The translations under genes were made by a program, and so were the position numbers. Below the pieces are notes generated by a model, which had not been told where the DNA came from, did no database searches, and was given only the letters and a program-made list of their open reading frames with translations. Positions 9,376 to 21,698 of a stretch of DNA of 64,000 nucleotides are shown piece after piece. This stretch comes from an uncultured Bacteroidales bacterium (lineage in GTDB: Bacteria > Bacteroidota > Bacteroidia > Bacteroidales > JAIOZK01), in NCBI GenBank assembly GCA_964468645.1, contig CAYXUU010000033.1, positions 2,138 through 66,137 on the forward strand, in the 5' to 3' direction. Numbering within the stretch: position 1 is the stretch's first letter; every line of letters begins with the position of its first letter.

Positions 9376-10281
9376 TTACCCTTTCTTTCTCCTGAATTTC
9401 CTTACCTTTCTCAACTGAGTTAACAGTACACCGGTAATAACGATTATAATCCCAAGTATCTTGTTAAGATCAAATAATTCATCCAGAATAATATACGATG
9501 CCAGTGCTGCAAACACCGGGATAAGATTTGAATAAACGGCTGCTCTGCTTATTCCAAGTTTTCTTAGAACCATGGTATAAAGGACAAAAGCAAGTGAGGA
9601 TGCGAAAAGAGCGAGTTTCAATAGGGTGAAAATTAAGATAAAGTTGGGCTTAATGCTGATGAATTCATTCCACTCGAAAACCAGGAATAGGGGTAAAAAA
9701 TAAAAAACTCCTATAAAGTTCTGATAGGTTATGATTATTATTGGAGAGTAATGATCAGTAAGGATCCTAAGTAATACCGTGTAAAAAATCGCAGCGGTAA
9801 CAGCACCAAACAGGTACAATAATCCTACAGGAGAGGCTCTTAAGCTTAAATCAGCATTAAATATCATGATCATTACTCCGAAAAAAGAGAAGATAACACC
9901 GAAAATATTCAGCATGGAAATTTTTTTATTAAAGGCGATAAAAGCAGCAATGGGAGTGAACAGGGGGATAGTGGCAATGATCACTGCGCTGAGTGTTGCC
10001 GAAACAAGCTTTAATCCAAAACTTTCCCCGATAAAATAAAGAAAAGGATTTAACAATGCCGAAACCAGAAATAACCAGTAGTGTTTCTTTTTAATCTTCT
10101 GAAACTTGAAAAACAACGAAATAATTAAAAACAAAATAATCGTTGATAATAGCAGCCTCAAAAATACTGTTGTAAGCGGACTATAGTATTCGAATACGAT
10201 CTTCGTCCAGATATACGACATACCCCAGAAGAACATCGAAACAACAGCCAGGATATGTATTACACTATTGCCCTTTTTCAA
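9376..10281 (-). CDS. DMT/EamA family transporter
   Basis: 10 TM with two EamA repeats (FWGMSY...; NLIPVFAAL). Confidence 0.9.
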   Translation of the reverse strand: MKKGNSVIHILAVVSMFFWGMSYIWTKIVFEYYSPLTTVFLRLLLSTIILFLIISLFFKFQKIKKKHYWLFLVSALLNPFLYFIGESFGLKLVSATLSAVIIATIPLFTPIAAFIAFNKKISMLNIFGVIFSFFGVMIMIFNADLSLRASPVGLLYLFGAVTAAIFYTVLLRILTDHYSPIIIITYQNFIGVFYFLPLFLVFEWNEFISIKPNFILIFTLLKLALFASSLAFVLYTMVLRKLGISRAAVYSNLIPVFAALASYIILDELFDLNKILGIIIVITGVLLTQLRKVRKFRRKKG

Positions 10282-10360
10282 TTACAGTGGTTTTTGGTAA
10301 ATATAGATAATTATTTGAATTTTTATTTTTTAAAAATAATCGTTTAATTTTAATGAAAAG

Positions 10361-10387
10361 TGTAACAATAAAATTATTCAAATGTCT
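10361..10387 (+). promoter_or_regulatory. Putative ECF-type promoter
   Basis: TGTAAC-N17-GTCT directly upstream of the ECF sigma gene. Confidence 0.5.
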
Positions 10388-10408
10388 TTCAGCAAAAATC
10401 AAGAAGAA

Positions 10409-10972
10409 TTGAAGGGTAGTATTAAAAACATACACCAGGAATTAATTGATGGTTGTAAACAGGGGGATCAAAAGGCGATGGTAGAGTTATATAAACTATA
10501 TTTTAAATCAATGTATAATACCTCATTAAGGATAGTCAGGGATACCGGAGATGCAGAGGATGTTATGCAGGACTCTTTTCTTGATGCCTTTCAGAAAATT
10601 GATCAATATGATGAAAGGGCAACATTTGGTGCCTGGCTTAAACGGATAGTCATCAATAAATCACTCGACCAATTAAAAAGAAATAAAGGCAATGTTTCCT
10701 ACGAGGAGGTCAATCCTGAAATTTTACCTGAAACACAGGAAGACCATCTGGAAGTACTTTCCTATCAGGTTGAGCAGATAAGAAAAGCTATTGATTCATT
10801 ACCTGATGATTACAGGATCATTATTTCCCTTTATCTGCTTGAGGGTTATGATCATGAAGAGATCTCGAAGATCCTGGATATTTCATATGAAAATACCAGA
10901 ACAAGGTATTCCAGGGCTAAAAAACGCCTTATACATGATTTGCATTCTTATAAAATCAACGAAGCAGTTTAA
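10409..10972 (+). CDS. ECF RNA polymerase sigma-70 factor
   Basis: DAEDVMQDSFL, FGAWLKRIVIN, EGYDHEEISKIL; start placed at in-frame TTG 10409 (ORF track gives 10382). Confidence 0.9.
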   Translation: MKGSIKNIHQELIDGCKQGDQKAMVELYKLYFKSMYNTSLRIVRDTGDAEDVMQDSFLDAFQKIDQYDERATFGAWLKRIVINKSLDQLKRNKGNVSYEEVNPEILPETQEDHLEVLSYQVEQIRKAIDSLPDDYRIIISLYLLEGYDHEEISKILDISYENTRTRYSRAKKRLIHDLHSYKINEAV

Positions 10973-10984
10973 TATTAAACTATT

Positions 10985-11533
10985 GTGCCAATGTCGATAC
11001 TTGAAGAGAAAATAAAAAGAAATAAAGACTGGTTCGATAAAAATGAACCACCACCCGGGCATCTTGATCGCTTTAGAAATAAGCTTTCAGATGTTTATCC
11101 TGAAAAAGAAACCAGACGTAGGACATTCTCAATAATATTGAAAATTGCTGCTTCCGTAATTCTGGTTGTTGCGATTACCTTTTTTGTCGTACAACTCTCA
11201 TCTAAAAATCAGATGCTGGCTTCAGCTGCTGTTTCCGATCAGAATCTTCCGGAAGAACTTAAAGAATTAAGACTGTATTACAACCATATTAATGCCGGGA
11301 AAATTGAAACTATTGAAACCTATACCTGCGATGAGAACGATCCATGTGAGGAGCTTAAGGAAATTGCAAAGCATGAACTCAAAGAGCTTGAGAACAATAC
11401 CGTTGAACTTGAAAAGGAATTGGAAGAAAGCAATAATAATGGCCGGGTCATGAGCGCAATTGTCAATAATTATCAATTGATGTCGAAGGTGCTGGATAAT
11501 GTTATTGCCTCAATGAATAAAACAAGTGAATAA
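10985..11533 (+). CDS. Putative anti-sigma factor (single TM)
   Basis: EPPPGHLDRF N-terminus, IAASVILVV TM segment, follows the ECF sigma gene. Confidence 0.7.
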   Translation: MPMSILEEKIKRNKDWFDKNEPPPGHLDRFRNKLSDVYPEKETRRRTFSIILKIAASVILVVAITFFVVQLSSKNQMLASAAVSDQNLPEELKELRLYYNHINAGKIETIETYTCDENDPCEELKEIAKHELKELENNTVELEKELEESNNNGRVMSAIVNNYQLMSKVLDNVIASMNKTSE

Positions 11534-11559
11534 CCAATAATCAAAAAAAAATTATAAAA

Positions 11560-12597
11560 ATGAAAACAATCGTTAAAACAATTACAGCTATTATGTTCTT
11601 CACTTTCCTGATGGGTTCGGCCTATGCAGATAAAGTAGAGAGAAAAATTCAAAAAGAGTTTGCAGTGAATAAGGATGCCCTGCTGAAGGTCTCCAATAAA
11701 TATGGTTCCATTCACTGTGAGAACTGGGGGCAGAACAAGGTATCCATAACCGTTAACATCAGCATTGAAGCTGGAAGTACATCTAAAGCGAAATCCGTTA
11801 TGGATAAGATAAAAATTGATATTTCAGGTAGTGCGAGCAGGGTTGAGGCTATTACTCAACTCAATAATCTTAATTGCAACAACTGTGACATTGAAATTGA
11901 TTACTTCATAAAAATGCCGGCAACGTTAAATGTTGACCTGCTGATGAAGTATGGGGAGTTATTTTTTGATGAGACATCGGGTGAAGCAAAGATCGGTGTG
12001 AAATACGGCACCATGGAGGTAAATTCACTGAGTCATGATAGCAAGGTTTACCTGGGTTACAGTGAAGCTTCCATCGGGAAAATAAGCAGTGGAAATGTCG
12101 ATATCCAGTATTCAGAATTCTCACTTGATGAAGCAGATGAAATTGAGCTTGAATCAAAATACTCCGATGTTAAGATTGGATCGATAAGGAGCATGGAACT
12201 CAATACAAGTTATGACGATCTTGGGATAAATGAAGCTTATGCCCTGAATTGCGATGCAAACTTCTCGGATGTTGAGATAGGTTTAATACAAAAAGAATTG
12301 ATTATCGACATGAATTATGGTGAACTGGATGTTGATAATGTTGACAATGAATTTAACAAAATCGTGATTTATTCAAATTATGCCGATGCTGAGATCGAAA
12401 TTGATGAGAATGCGGGTTATACCCTCGAAGCGGACCTGAGTTACTGTTCGCTTTCATTTCCCAAAAGCAGGGCCGATATCAGGATATATGAGAAATCGCA
12501 TAGCTCTGAAACGATTAAAGGAACGGTTGGAAGCAAGAATGCCCAATCATCCGTATATGTTAAAGCCAAACATGCAGATATTAAAATTAGTGACTAA
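11560..12597 (+). CDS. DUF4097-like beta-solenoid exported protein
   Basis: Signal peptide; repeated KYG/YS/YD beta-turn units. Confidence 0.7.
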   Translation: MKTIVKTITAIMFFTFLMGSAYADKVERKIQKEFAVNKDALLKVSNKYGSIHCENWGQNKVSITVNISIEAGSTSKAKSVMDKIKIDISGSASRVEAITQLNNLNCNNCDIEIDYFIKMPATLNVDLLMKYGELFFDETSGEAKIGVKYGTMEVNSLSHDSKVYLGYSEASIGKISSGNVDIQYSEFSLDEADEIELESKYSDVKIGSIRSMELNTSYDDLGINEAYALNCDANFSDVEIGLIQKELIIDMNYGELDVDNVDNEFNKIVIYSNYADAEIEIDENAGYTLEADLSYCSLSFPKSRADIRIYEKSHSSETIKGTVGSKNAQSSVYVKAKHADIKISD

Positions 12598-12618
12598 TCA
12601 AAATAACAGGAGATTATT

Positions 12619-13341
12619 ATGAAACCAAAAAATTATTTTAAAGCAATAGCAATCTTAATCATTGGATTGTTATTTACAGGTACTGCGCTTTTTGCTCAGA
12701 GAGAAATAAAAGGAAACGGAAATGTTGTCAAGGAAGAAAGAAATATCCAGTCATTTACTGAAGTTTCCATCAGCAGCGCATTTGAAGTTTATCTTACACA
12801 GGGTAACAGGGAAGAACTAATTGTTGAGATAGATGAGAACTTACTTGAAGGAGTCAAAACAGAAGTTGTTGGTGGGAGGTTGAAGATTTATACAAGTAAT
12901 TCAATCCGGAAAGCTGAAGAGATGAATATTTATCTCACTTTCAAAGACCTGGAACAGATAAAAGTAAGTGGCGCTGTGGAGATCAATGGTCAGAACAGCT
13001 TTGATCTGGATGAGTTTGAACTTGAATGCAGCGGAGCCTCTGAGATTGACCTGGATCTTTCAGCAAATAAGCTGGAATTGGATTTAAGTGGGGCAAGTGA
13101 GATTTACCTGAAGGGAAAGGTGAAAGAATTTATGATTGATTGTTCAGGAGCTTCTGAGCTTGATGCATCGGGCCTTGAAGCAGATTACCTGAAGCTAGAT
13201 GCCAGTGGTGCCTCAGAAATTAAGGTCTTTGTTAATGAAGAACTCGATATTGAAGCTTCCGGTGCATCAACAGTTCGGTACAAAGGAAATCCAAGGATTA
13301 ATATGGATAATTCCGGGGCAAGCAGCGTTAAAAGATATTAG
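12619..13341 (+). CDS. DUF2807 (GIN domain) exported protein
   Basis: IKGNGNVVKEER and repeated SGASE motifs. Confidence 0.85.
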   Translation: MKPKNYFKAIAILIIGLLFTGTALFAQREIKGNGNVVKEERNIQSFTEVSISSAFEVYLTQGNREELIVEIDENLLEGVKTEVVGGRLKIYTSNSIRKAEEMNIYLTFKDLEQIKVSGAVEINGQNSFDLDEFELECSGASEIDLDLSANKLELDLSGASEIYLKGKVKEFMIDCSGASELDASGLEADYLKLDASGASEIKVFVNEELDIEASGASTVRYKGNPRINMDNSGASSVKRY

Positions 13342-13379
13342 AGGTTCAGTTTGAATCCCTATATGTTTGTTTTACATGT

Positions 13380-13417
13380 AAAAAAAACACCGTTGGAAGA
13401 CGGTGTTTTTTATTTTT
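13380..13417. terminator. Bidirectional intrinsic terminator
   Basis: aaaaaaacaccgt-tggaag-acggtgtttttt between convergent genes. Confidence 0.8.
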
Positions 13418-14808
13418 TAATGATGGAAACTTGTGCCTTCCTTTGTTGGAACATGCTTCGGTTTCTCAGCATAATACTTCATACATCGTTTAATATCATC
13501 CAGCAGCAGGTTGGCCATGTCGCGGCTGAAACCTTCTTTTACAACGATACGTGCAACAACAAGGTCTGTCCTGTTTTCAGGCATTGAATATGCCGGAATG
13601 AGCCATCCTCTTGCCCTCAGCTTATCAGTAAGATCATAGAGAGTGTAGTTTTCTTCATGTTTGAGTTTGAATGCAAAAACAGGAATCTCACTACCATCAC
13701 TGATCAATTCGTAAGGACCGAGCTTCGAGATCTGATCCGACAGATACATGGCAATATCCTGTGAATTTTGTTGTATTCTGCGGTATCCTTCAAATCCAAG
13801 CCTTAAAAAATTATAATACTGAGCTACGATCTGGTTTCCCGGCCTTGAGAAATTAATGGCAAAAGTTGGCATTTCCCCACCCAGGTAATTCACATAGAAA
13901 ATAAGATCCTCGGGTAATTCATCTTTGTCGCGCCATACAACCCATCCAACACCGGGATAGACCAACCCATATTTATGCCCGGAAGTATTGATGGATTTTA
14001 CCCATTTCAACCTGAAATCCCATTCAAGATCAGGTTGAATAAATGGGGCGATAAAACCTCCTGATGCACCATCAACATGTATGGGGATGTCCCATCCTGT
14101 TTCCCCGTTTAACTTATCCAGGGCATCATTAATTTCTTTGACGTTTTCATATTCCCCGGTAAACGTAGTGCCCATGATAGCTGTAACGCCTATAGTATTC
14201 TCATCACATCGTTTGATAACCTCTTCGGCATTGATCTTGTACCTGTTTCCTTCCATCGGTATCAGCCTGGGTTCGATATCCCAGTACCTTGCAAACTTTT
14301 CCCAGCAGATCTGTACGTTGACACCCATTACGATATTGGGTTTATCAGCCTGTTTTCCTTTAGTCTTCATTCTTTCACGCCATTTCCATTTCAAGGCCAT
14401 GCCACCAAGCATAGCTGCTTCGCTGGATCCAATGGTGGAACAGCCGGTAGCTTCTTCATGATCAGGTGAATTCCATAAACGGGCAAGAATATTGACACAA
14501 CGCATCTCTATCTCTGCTGTTTGTGGGTATTCATCCTTGTCGATCATGTTCTTGTCGAAGGTTTCAGACATCAATTGCCTGGCTTCAGGTTCCATCCATG
14601 TTGAAACAAAGGTAGCCAGGTTCATCCTGGAATTACCATCAAGCATCAATTCATCCTTGACAACGTCGTAGGCTGTTCTTGAGGGTAAACCGGATTTAGG
14701 GATCTCATACTTTGGAATATCAGAATCAGCAATTCGCTGTCCATATGCAGGGACCAGAATGCTTTCATCATAATCCATGTTTTTCAGATTAACTTTATTA
14801 TGTGTCAT
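13417..14808 (-). CDS. gadB: Glutamate decarboxylase
   Basis: NLATFVSTWME, IDKDEYPQT, HVDGASGG, SGHKYG (PLP lysine). Confidence 0.95.
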   Translation of the reverse strand: MTHNKVNLKNMDYDESILVPAYGQRIADSDIPKYEIPKSGLPSRTAYDVVKDELMLDGNSRMNLATFVSTWMEPEARQLMSETFDKNMIDKDEYPQTAEIEMRCVNILARLWNSPDHEEATGCSTIGSSEAAMLGGMALKWKWRERMKTKGKQADKPNIVMGVNVQICWEKFARYWDIEPRLIPMEGNRYKINAEEVIKRCDENTIGVTAIMGTTFTGEYENVKEINDALDKLNGETGWDIPIHVDGASGGFIAPFIQPDLEWDFRLKWVKSINTSGHKYGLVYPGVGWVVWRDKDELPEDLIFYVNYLGGEMPTFAINFSRPGNQIVAQYYNFLRLGFEGYRRIQQNSQDIAMYLSDQISKLGPYELISDGSEIPVFAFKLKHEENYTLYDLTDKLRARGWLIPAYSMPENRTDLVVARIVVKEGFSRDMANLLLDDIKRCMKYYAEKPKHVPTKEGTSFHH

Positions 14809-14820
14809 ATATTTATACTT

Positions 14821-16248
14821 TTATTTTGATTCATCCGGAAGTTTTTTCTTCCATTCAGGTTTTTTAATATAGCCAATGATGATGGGCACAATTACAAAAA
14901 AAGCAACTCCACAGACAAGAAATACAACATAGAATGTCGGGCTTCCTACAGCAAGTTGATCAGGAGGGAAAAACCCGATAATAAAAGCAAATATTACGGC
15001 AAGAATACCAAATCCGGCGATAAGCCACATACCGAAGTTCCCCCATGGGAGCCTGTAATCTCTTTTAACGTCAGGTTTTTTATATCTCAACCTGATTGCT
15101 GAAACATATAGCAACATATACATGATAAGATAAGGTGCGATGGTAAGTATTGAGAGTACAAAGAATGCGCTACTTACACTGGGCATAATAAGAAATACCA
15201 GAGATGCAATTGTTACGATACATCCCTGTATGATCAGGATATTCTTTTGAACACCGAATTTATTTGTTTTGGCCATAAAGGGAGGGAGGTCTCCATCTTC
15301 AGCAGTTGCCAGCAAACCTTTACTTGGCCCTGCAATCCATGCAAGTACACCTGCTATCGCTCCAAATGTAATCAATAATCCGATGACAGGAAGAAGCCAT
15401 CCTATACTGAATTTATCAAGTAATTCATTGAATGCCTGCATGATCCCTGAATTAAGATCGATGCTTGAAGCTGGTTTTACAGCGGCAATGGCCAGTGCAC
15501 CCAGGGTAAATATGATGATAATTATAAACATGGCCATAAAGATCGCTTTCGGGAAGCTTTTGGGATTTGCTAGTTCGGTAACATGAACAGCCCCTACTTC
15601 CATACCTGCAAAAAGCAGGATGATTGCTGCAAGGAAAGAGATGGTACTGAATTTAGTAAAATCAGGTATGATATTTATAGTTTCTCCCGGTGCAACTTTC
15701 AGAAATTCAATTGGATTGCCTGCTGCTGCCCATATTATACCAAGGAATATTATAAAAACCCCAGGTAAAAGGGTTCCACTTATAACCCCTATGGTTGTCA
15801 CTTTTCCGGCAACTTTAATACCTCTGAAATTAATGAATGTTGCAGCCCAGTAAACAACAATAATGACAGCGACATTAAAGTATTTATTGGTTGCAAGTGC
15901 CTGGTCAAGAAACAGGTAGCTCAGGGCAGCAGCAGCAAAGGAAAGAACTGTTGGGTACCAGATAACATTCTGTAGCCATTGCAGCCATATGGCTACAAAA
16001 CCTGTGCGGCTCCCAAATGCTTCGGTAACCCAGCGGTACACCCCTCCTGATTGAGGCCATCCCGTGGCAAGCTCTGCAGAAACCAGGGAAACAGGGACCA
16101 GGAATAAAACGGCTGAGAATAAAATATAAAAAATCATCTCCAGGCCTTCGACTGCCATCATCGGAAGCCCCCTTAAACTCATTACAGCAGCCACACTCAT
16201 CATGGCCAACGCGAATACACTTAAATAATGTTTTTTCGATTTTTGCAT
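14821..16248 (-). CDS. gadC: Glutamate/GABA antiporter (APC family)
   Basis: 12-TM APC transporter (AELATGWPQSGG, FAGMEV) adjacent to gadB; start placed at MQKSKK. Confidence 0.85.
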   Translation of the reverse strand: MQKSKKHYLSVFALAMMSVAAVMSLRGLPMMAVEGLEMIFYILFSAVLFLVPVSLVSAELATGWPQSGGVYRWVTEAFGSRTGFVAIWLQWLQNVIWYPTVLSFAAAALSYLFLDQALATNKYFNVAVIIVVYWAATFINFRGIKVAGKVTTIGVISGTLLPGVFIIFLGIIWAAAGNPIEFLKVAPGETINIIPDFTKFSTISFLAAIILLFAGMEVGAVHVTELANPKSFPKAIFMAMFIIIIIFTLGALAIAAVKPASSIDLNSGIMQAFNELLDKFSIGWLLPVIGLLITFGAIAGVLAWIAGPSKGLLATAEDGDLPPFMAKTNKFGVQKNILIIQGCIVTIASLVFLIMPSVSSAFFVLSILTIAPYLIMYMLLYVSAIRLRYKKPDVKRDYRLPWGNFGMWLIAGFGILAVIFAFIIGFFPPDQLAVGSPTFYVVFLVCGVAFFVIVPIIIGYIKKPEWKKKLPDESK

Positions 16249-16481
16249 AATAATTTGGTTTAGTGGTTGGCCTAAAAGTAAGGAAAAAATAACATACACC
16301 AAAATGGTTTTAATCAGTATGGATGAAAAAAAGATATGAATGAGGAAGAATTATGAAAGTTATTGAAAAATTCCAGGGCAAGTATCTTGTTGTCAACTAT
16401 TGAGTTAGATATCGCCCATATAGGAAAGAATAATACAATTCAATGTATCTGGATTAAATGAAAAAACAAATTACCAAAACA

Positions 16482-18542
<2,061 letters not shown>

Positions 18543-20075
18543 CTATGGTGATGATACTGGCATTTTTTCAGTATTCCTGTATATATAAATTACCTGATTG
18601 GCATTCTTTGGATTTAACCAGTGAAGCAGTTTATCAATCAATCCGGGTTCTATTCTGGTTTCAAAAATAAGTCCGGGCATAATTTTCTGCAGGGCAACCA
18701 CCCGTTTATCGATGTTTTTTTCTTCAAAGAAAAGAACAAAAGAGGGCTTGTTTTGTCCTGTCAGGGTCTGGTGTTCTATATGCCAGTCAAGCGGTTTTGT
18801 TTTATTAAGTTTCATCTCATGAACCCATTCTTCAAGATAAAACCGGGGACTCATTTTTGTTTGATCCTTGTTTGTATTTTCAAGAAGTATATATTCGATG
18901 TTCTGATACTTTGAAAGATAAGTCATTGATTCAACCCGGGCTTTCTTCGAATACATCGTTGTTACAAAAGGTAACAATGCAAGATTCAATACCCAGAAAA
19001 AGATCCATGAATTCCTGAGCAACCTGGTATTCTTTTTCCAGAATTCTGATTTATCTATATAGGCATACCAGCCAGCTGTACCAATAATGATTATAAAAGG
19101 TATAATGGGGATGATAAAACGTTCCTGCTTATTCGGGAAGGCAGAATGGAACAGAAGAAACAGGAATGTGGGAAGAAAAATTATAAGATGTTTTTTCCAG
19201 CTTCTCAGAAATCCGAAGAACAAATAAAAACTGATTGGTGGAAGAATCATTCCAAATATTACTAGGAAATAACTATACCATGCTATGACATTATAATCAT
19301 TAGCATGAAAATAGTTATACCTGACATATTCAGCAACCTCGGCAAATGGATATCCCCACAGGAACATATCAACGCTTCCCTGAATGAGTAGTATTGAAAG
19401 AAATAATCCGATGCCAAGAATGATTGTTTGCTTCCACTCTTTTTTAATAAGCAGTGCCAGTCCCAGGCCACCGGCAAACAATAAGGTTTGAAACCTGATA
19501 GAGAAAGCAATACCCATAAAAAATCCTGACCAGAAGAAATATTTTAATATCCGCTCTTTATCCTGGTTTTTCAGAATAAGCCAAACAGCATAAAGTAGGG
19601 GAGGGATACAAACAACTTCAACAAGATTCCTGACACTGAGGAAAGGCATAAACCATAAAACGGCAAGTAACAGGCCAGCTATTCTTGCAGCTTTTTTATT
19701 ATACAGATGTTCGGTGATTCTGTAGCCAAGCACAATGGTTAATAATGAGTAGGCGGCATGAAGAAACCGGATGATATACATTTTCGCCTGGGCGTCTTCA
19801 ATATTGATCCACTCCAGTAATGAGAACAACAGGTAATGTAAGCCTACATAAAAAAAAGAATGTCCTGAAGGTGTGGTGTTACCATTACTGCCGGGCAACC
19901 AGTTATTATAATCAGTTCCATCCACCCACGATTGAGAGGCCTCGATAATCAGGAAATGATCATCATGCATTCCAAAACCTTTTGAAAAAATCGCTGCAAC
20001 AATTCTAAGCAGAATACCTAATCCAAGTATTAGCTGAAGCGGATGGTTTTGCCAGTAATATTTAAACCTGCTCAT
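18543..20075 (-). CDS. GT-C fold polyprenol-phosphate-sugar glycosyltransferase (GT22/GT39-like)
   Basis: Multi-TM; HDDHF loop; HSAFPNKQERF. Confidence 0.75.
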   Translation of the reverse strand: MSRFKYYWQNHPLQLILGLGILLRIVAAIFSKGFGMHDDHFLIIEASQSWVDGTDYNNWLPGSNGNTTPSGHSFFYVGLHYLLFSLLEWINIEDAQAKMYIIRFLHAAYSLLTIVLGYRITEHLYNKKAARIAGLLLAVLWFMPFLSVRNLVEVVCIPPLLYAVWLILKNQDKERILKYFFWSGFFMGIAFSIRFQTLLFAGGLGLALLIKKEWKQTIILGIGLFLSILLIQGSVDMFLWGYPFAEVAEYVRYNYFHANDYNVIAWYSYFLVIFGMILPPISFYLFFGFLRSWKKHLIIFLPTFLFLLFHSAFPNKQERFIIPIIPFIIIIGTAGWYAYIDKSEFWKKNTRLLRNSWIFFWVLNLALLPFVTTMYSKKARVESMTYLSKYQNIEYILLENTNKDQTKMSPRFYLEEWVHEMKLNKTKPLDWHIEHQTLTGQNKPSFVLFFEEKNIDKRVVALQKIMPGLIFETRIEPGLIDKLLHWLNPKNANQVIYIYRNTEKMPVSSP

Positions 20076-20107
20076 GTTTATATATAGTGGATGACAAATT
20101 TACAATT

Positions 20108-20145
20108 AAAAAAAACCCCCGTTAAAACTAACGGGGGTTTTTTTT
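20108..20145. terminator. Intrinsic terminator after the usp gene
   Basis: aaaaaaaacccccgtta-aaac-taacgggggtttttttt. Confidence 0.8.
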
Positions 20146-20980
20146 ATCTGTCAACAATCTTTCGCCAGTTAAAATCTCTGGGATTAATGCACATTACAGG
20201 TATCTGGGAAGTGTTAAATATCATGTCTTCATCATAACTACCGAGAATAAATTTTGTAAAACTCTTATCAGGGTTGGTCATAATCATAATTAATTCAGCA
20301 TTTAACGCGGTTGCATAATCAATGACCTGTTTTGTGAAGTTGCCACCTTCAGCAGCTTTAACCTCAAATTCTACCTCATTGGCTTTGAAATGATTTGTAA
20401 TCAACTCAACAGCATCATTAATACTATCATTGTCAATATGAAGAATACGTATTTTAGCATTGAATTGTTTTGCAATGAAGGCTGCCCATTTTGTTTTTTC
20501 CCAGGGCCCTGCATCACTGGTGAGTGGCAGGATAATTTCCTTATAAGGTTTCTCAAAATATCGCTTTTGAGCAACGATAACAGGAACTTCCGAACTGATT
20601 ATCACTTTTAATGCAAAGCTGCCGGTAACTTTTTGCATACCGACTTTACCATGGGTGCCAAGATAGATCAAGCTGGCTTTAATGTCTTTAGCCACTTCAC
20701 TGATGGTAGTGAATATCTGCCCTTCTCTTGCGATGGTTTCAACTTCAATACCATACTCTTTTTTAATTTTTCCTGCAATTTCATCCAGTCTTTCGTGAAC
20801 ACTTTCAATTCCTTTTTTTTCTTTTTTTAGCTCTGCCTTGGTGTTCTTGTCGATAATATGCAGGATGCTTATTTTGAAATTAATCTGCCTGGCAGCATTC
20901 GCAGCAAGCTTAACTGCATTTGTGCAAACATCTGAGAAATCGGTTGGTACAAGAAATACATTATTCATTTTTGTTTCCAT
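20144..20980 (-). CDS. Universal stress protein (tandem Usp domains)
   Basis: LVPTDFS, GTHGKVG, LGSY...IPVMCINP. Confidence 0.9.
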   Translation of the reverse strand: METKMNNVFLVPTDFSDVCTNAVKLAANAARQINFKISILHIIDKNTKAELKKEKKGIESVHERLDEIAGKIKKEYGIEVETIAREGQIFTTISEVAKDIKASLIYLGTHGKVGMQKVTGSFALKVIISSEVPVIVAQKRYFEKPYKEIILPLTSDAGPWEKTKWAAFIAKQFNAKIRILHIDNDSINDAVELITNHFKANEVEFEVKAAEGGNFTKQVIDYATALNAELIMIMTNPDKSFTKFILGSYDEDMIFNTSQIPVMCINPRDFNWRKIVDR

Positions 20981-21046
20981 ATATGAAAAATATTTTGAGT
21001 TTCTAATATATCAGACAAATATAAAAAATATTTGGTTCAATACTTT

Positions 21047-21643
21047 TCACTTCTTTAAATTCTGGTTTAATAATTCCAAAATTTGTTCAAGGTTATTTTT
21101 TTTAACCTCCATACGCAGATCCCGGGCTGTTTTGGTGTAATACTCGTGTTCGTGAAGGAAAGCGACCTGGAGGTGATACCATTCTTTCAGTGTGGTATCA
21201 AGATAATCAAGTCCTATCCATTCCTGTCGAAGCCGATGGGAGATCATAAAAAAATCTTTCCTTCCAAGGTAGTCCAGATCGGCATCACATATAATCTTCT
21301 CAAGGAAAGTCTTAGCATTTTGTGGCAATTTAGTGGTCATTATGATCTTACCAATAACATCGATATCTTCCCTTGTATAACCAAATCTTGGTAATACCTG
21401 TTCGATAATCTCAAGTGATGCTTCCTCGTGGTTTTTATACGTTTTTAGCATTCCTGAATCGTGATAAAGTGCAGCGGTTTTTAGTAAATCCATATCCCGA
21501 CCATTTACCCCTTCTTTTGTTGCAATAGTAATGCTGGAGTTATAAACATCAAGTGTATGATCCAGATTATGGTAGTATAATTCAGGATTTCCTTCCCGGT
21601 CTATCCTGTTTAGTATGTAATTCTTGGCATCAGTAATGTTCAT
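21047..21643 (-). CDS. HD-domain metal-dependent phosphohydrolase (possible cNMP phosphodiesterase)
   Basis: YHNLDHT, ALYHDSG, HEEAS, CDADLDYLG; start placed at MNITDAK because the longer ORF overlaps the cyclase gene. Confidence 0.8.
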   Translation of the reverse strand: MNITDAKNYILNRIDREGNPELYYHNLDHTLDVYNSSITIATKEGVNGRDMDLLKTAALYHDSGMLKTYKNHEEASLEIIEQVLPRFGYTREDIDVIGKIIMTTKLPQNAKTFLEKIICDADLDYLGRKDFFMISHRLRQEWIGLDYLDTTLKEWYHLQVAFLHEHEYYTKTARDLRMEVKKNNLEQILELLNQNLKK

Positions 21644-21698
21644 TATGTATTTACCTTTCTTCTTATGATCTCCTAATTTAGCAGTGTCTGCTAGTTCA

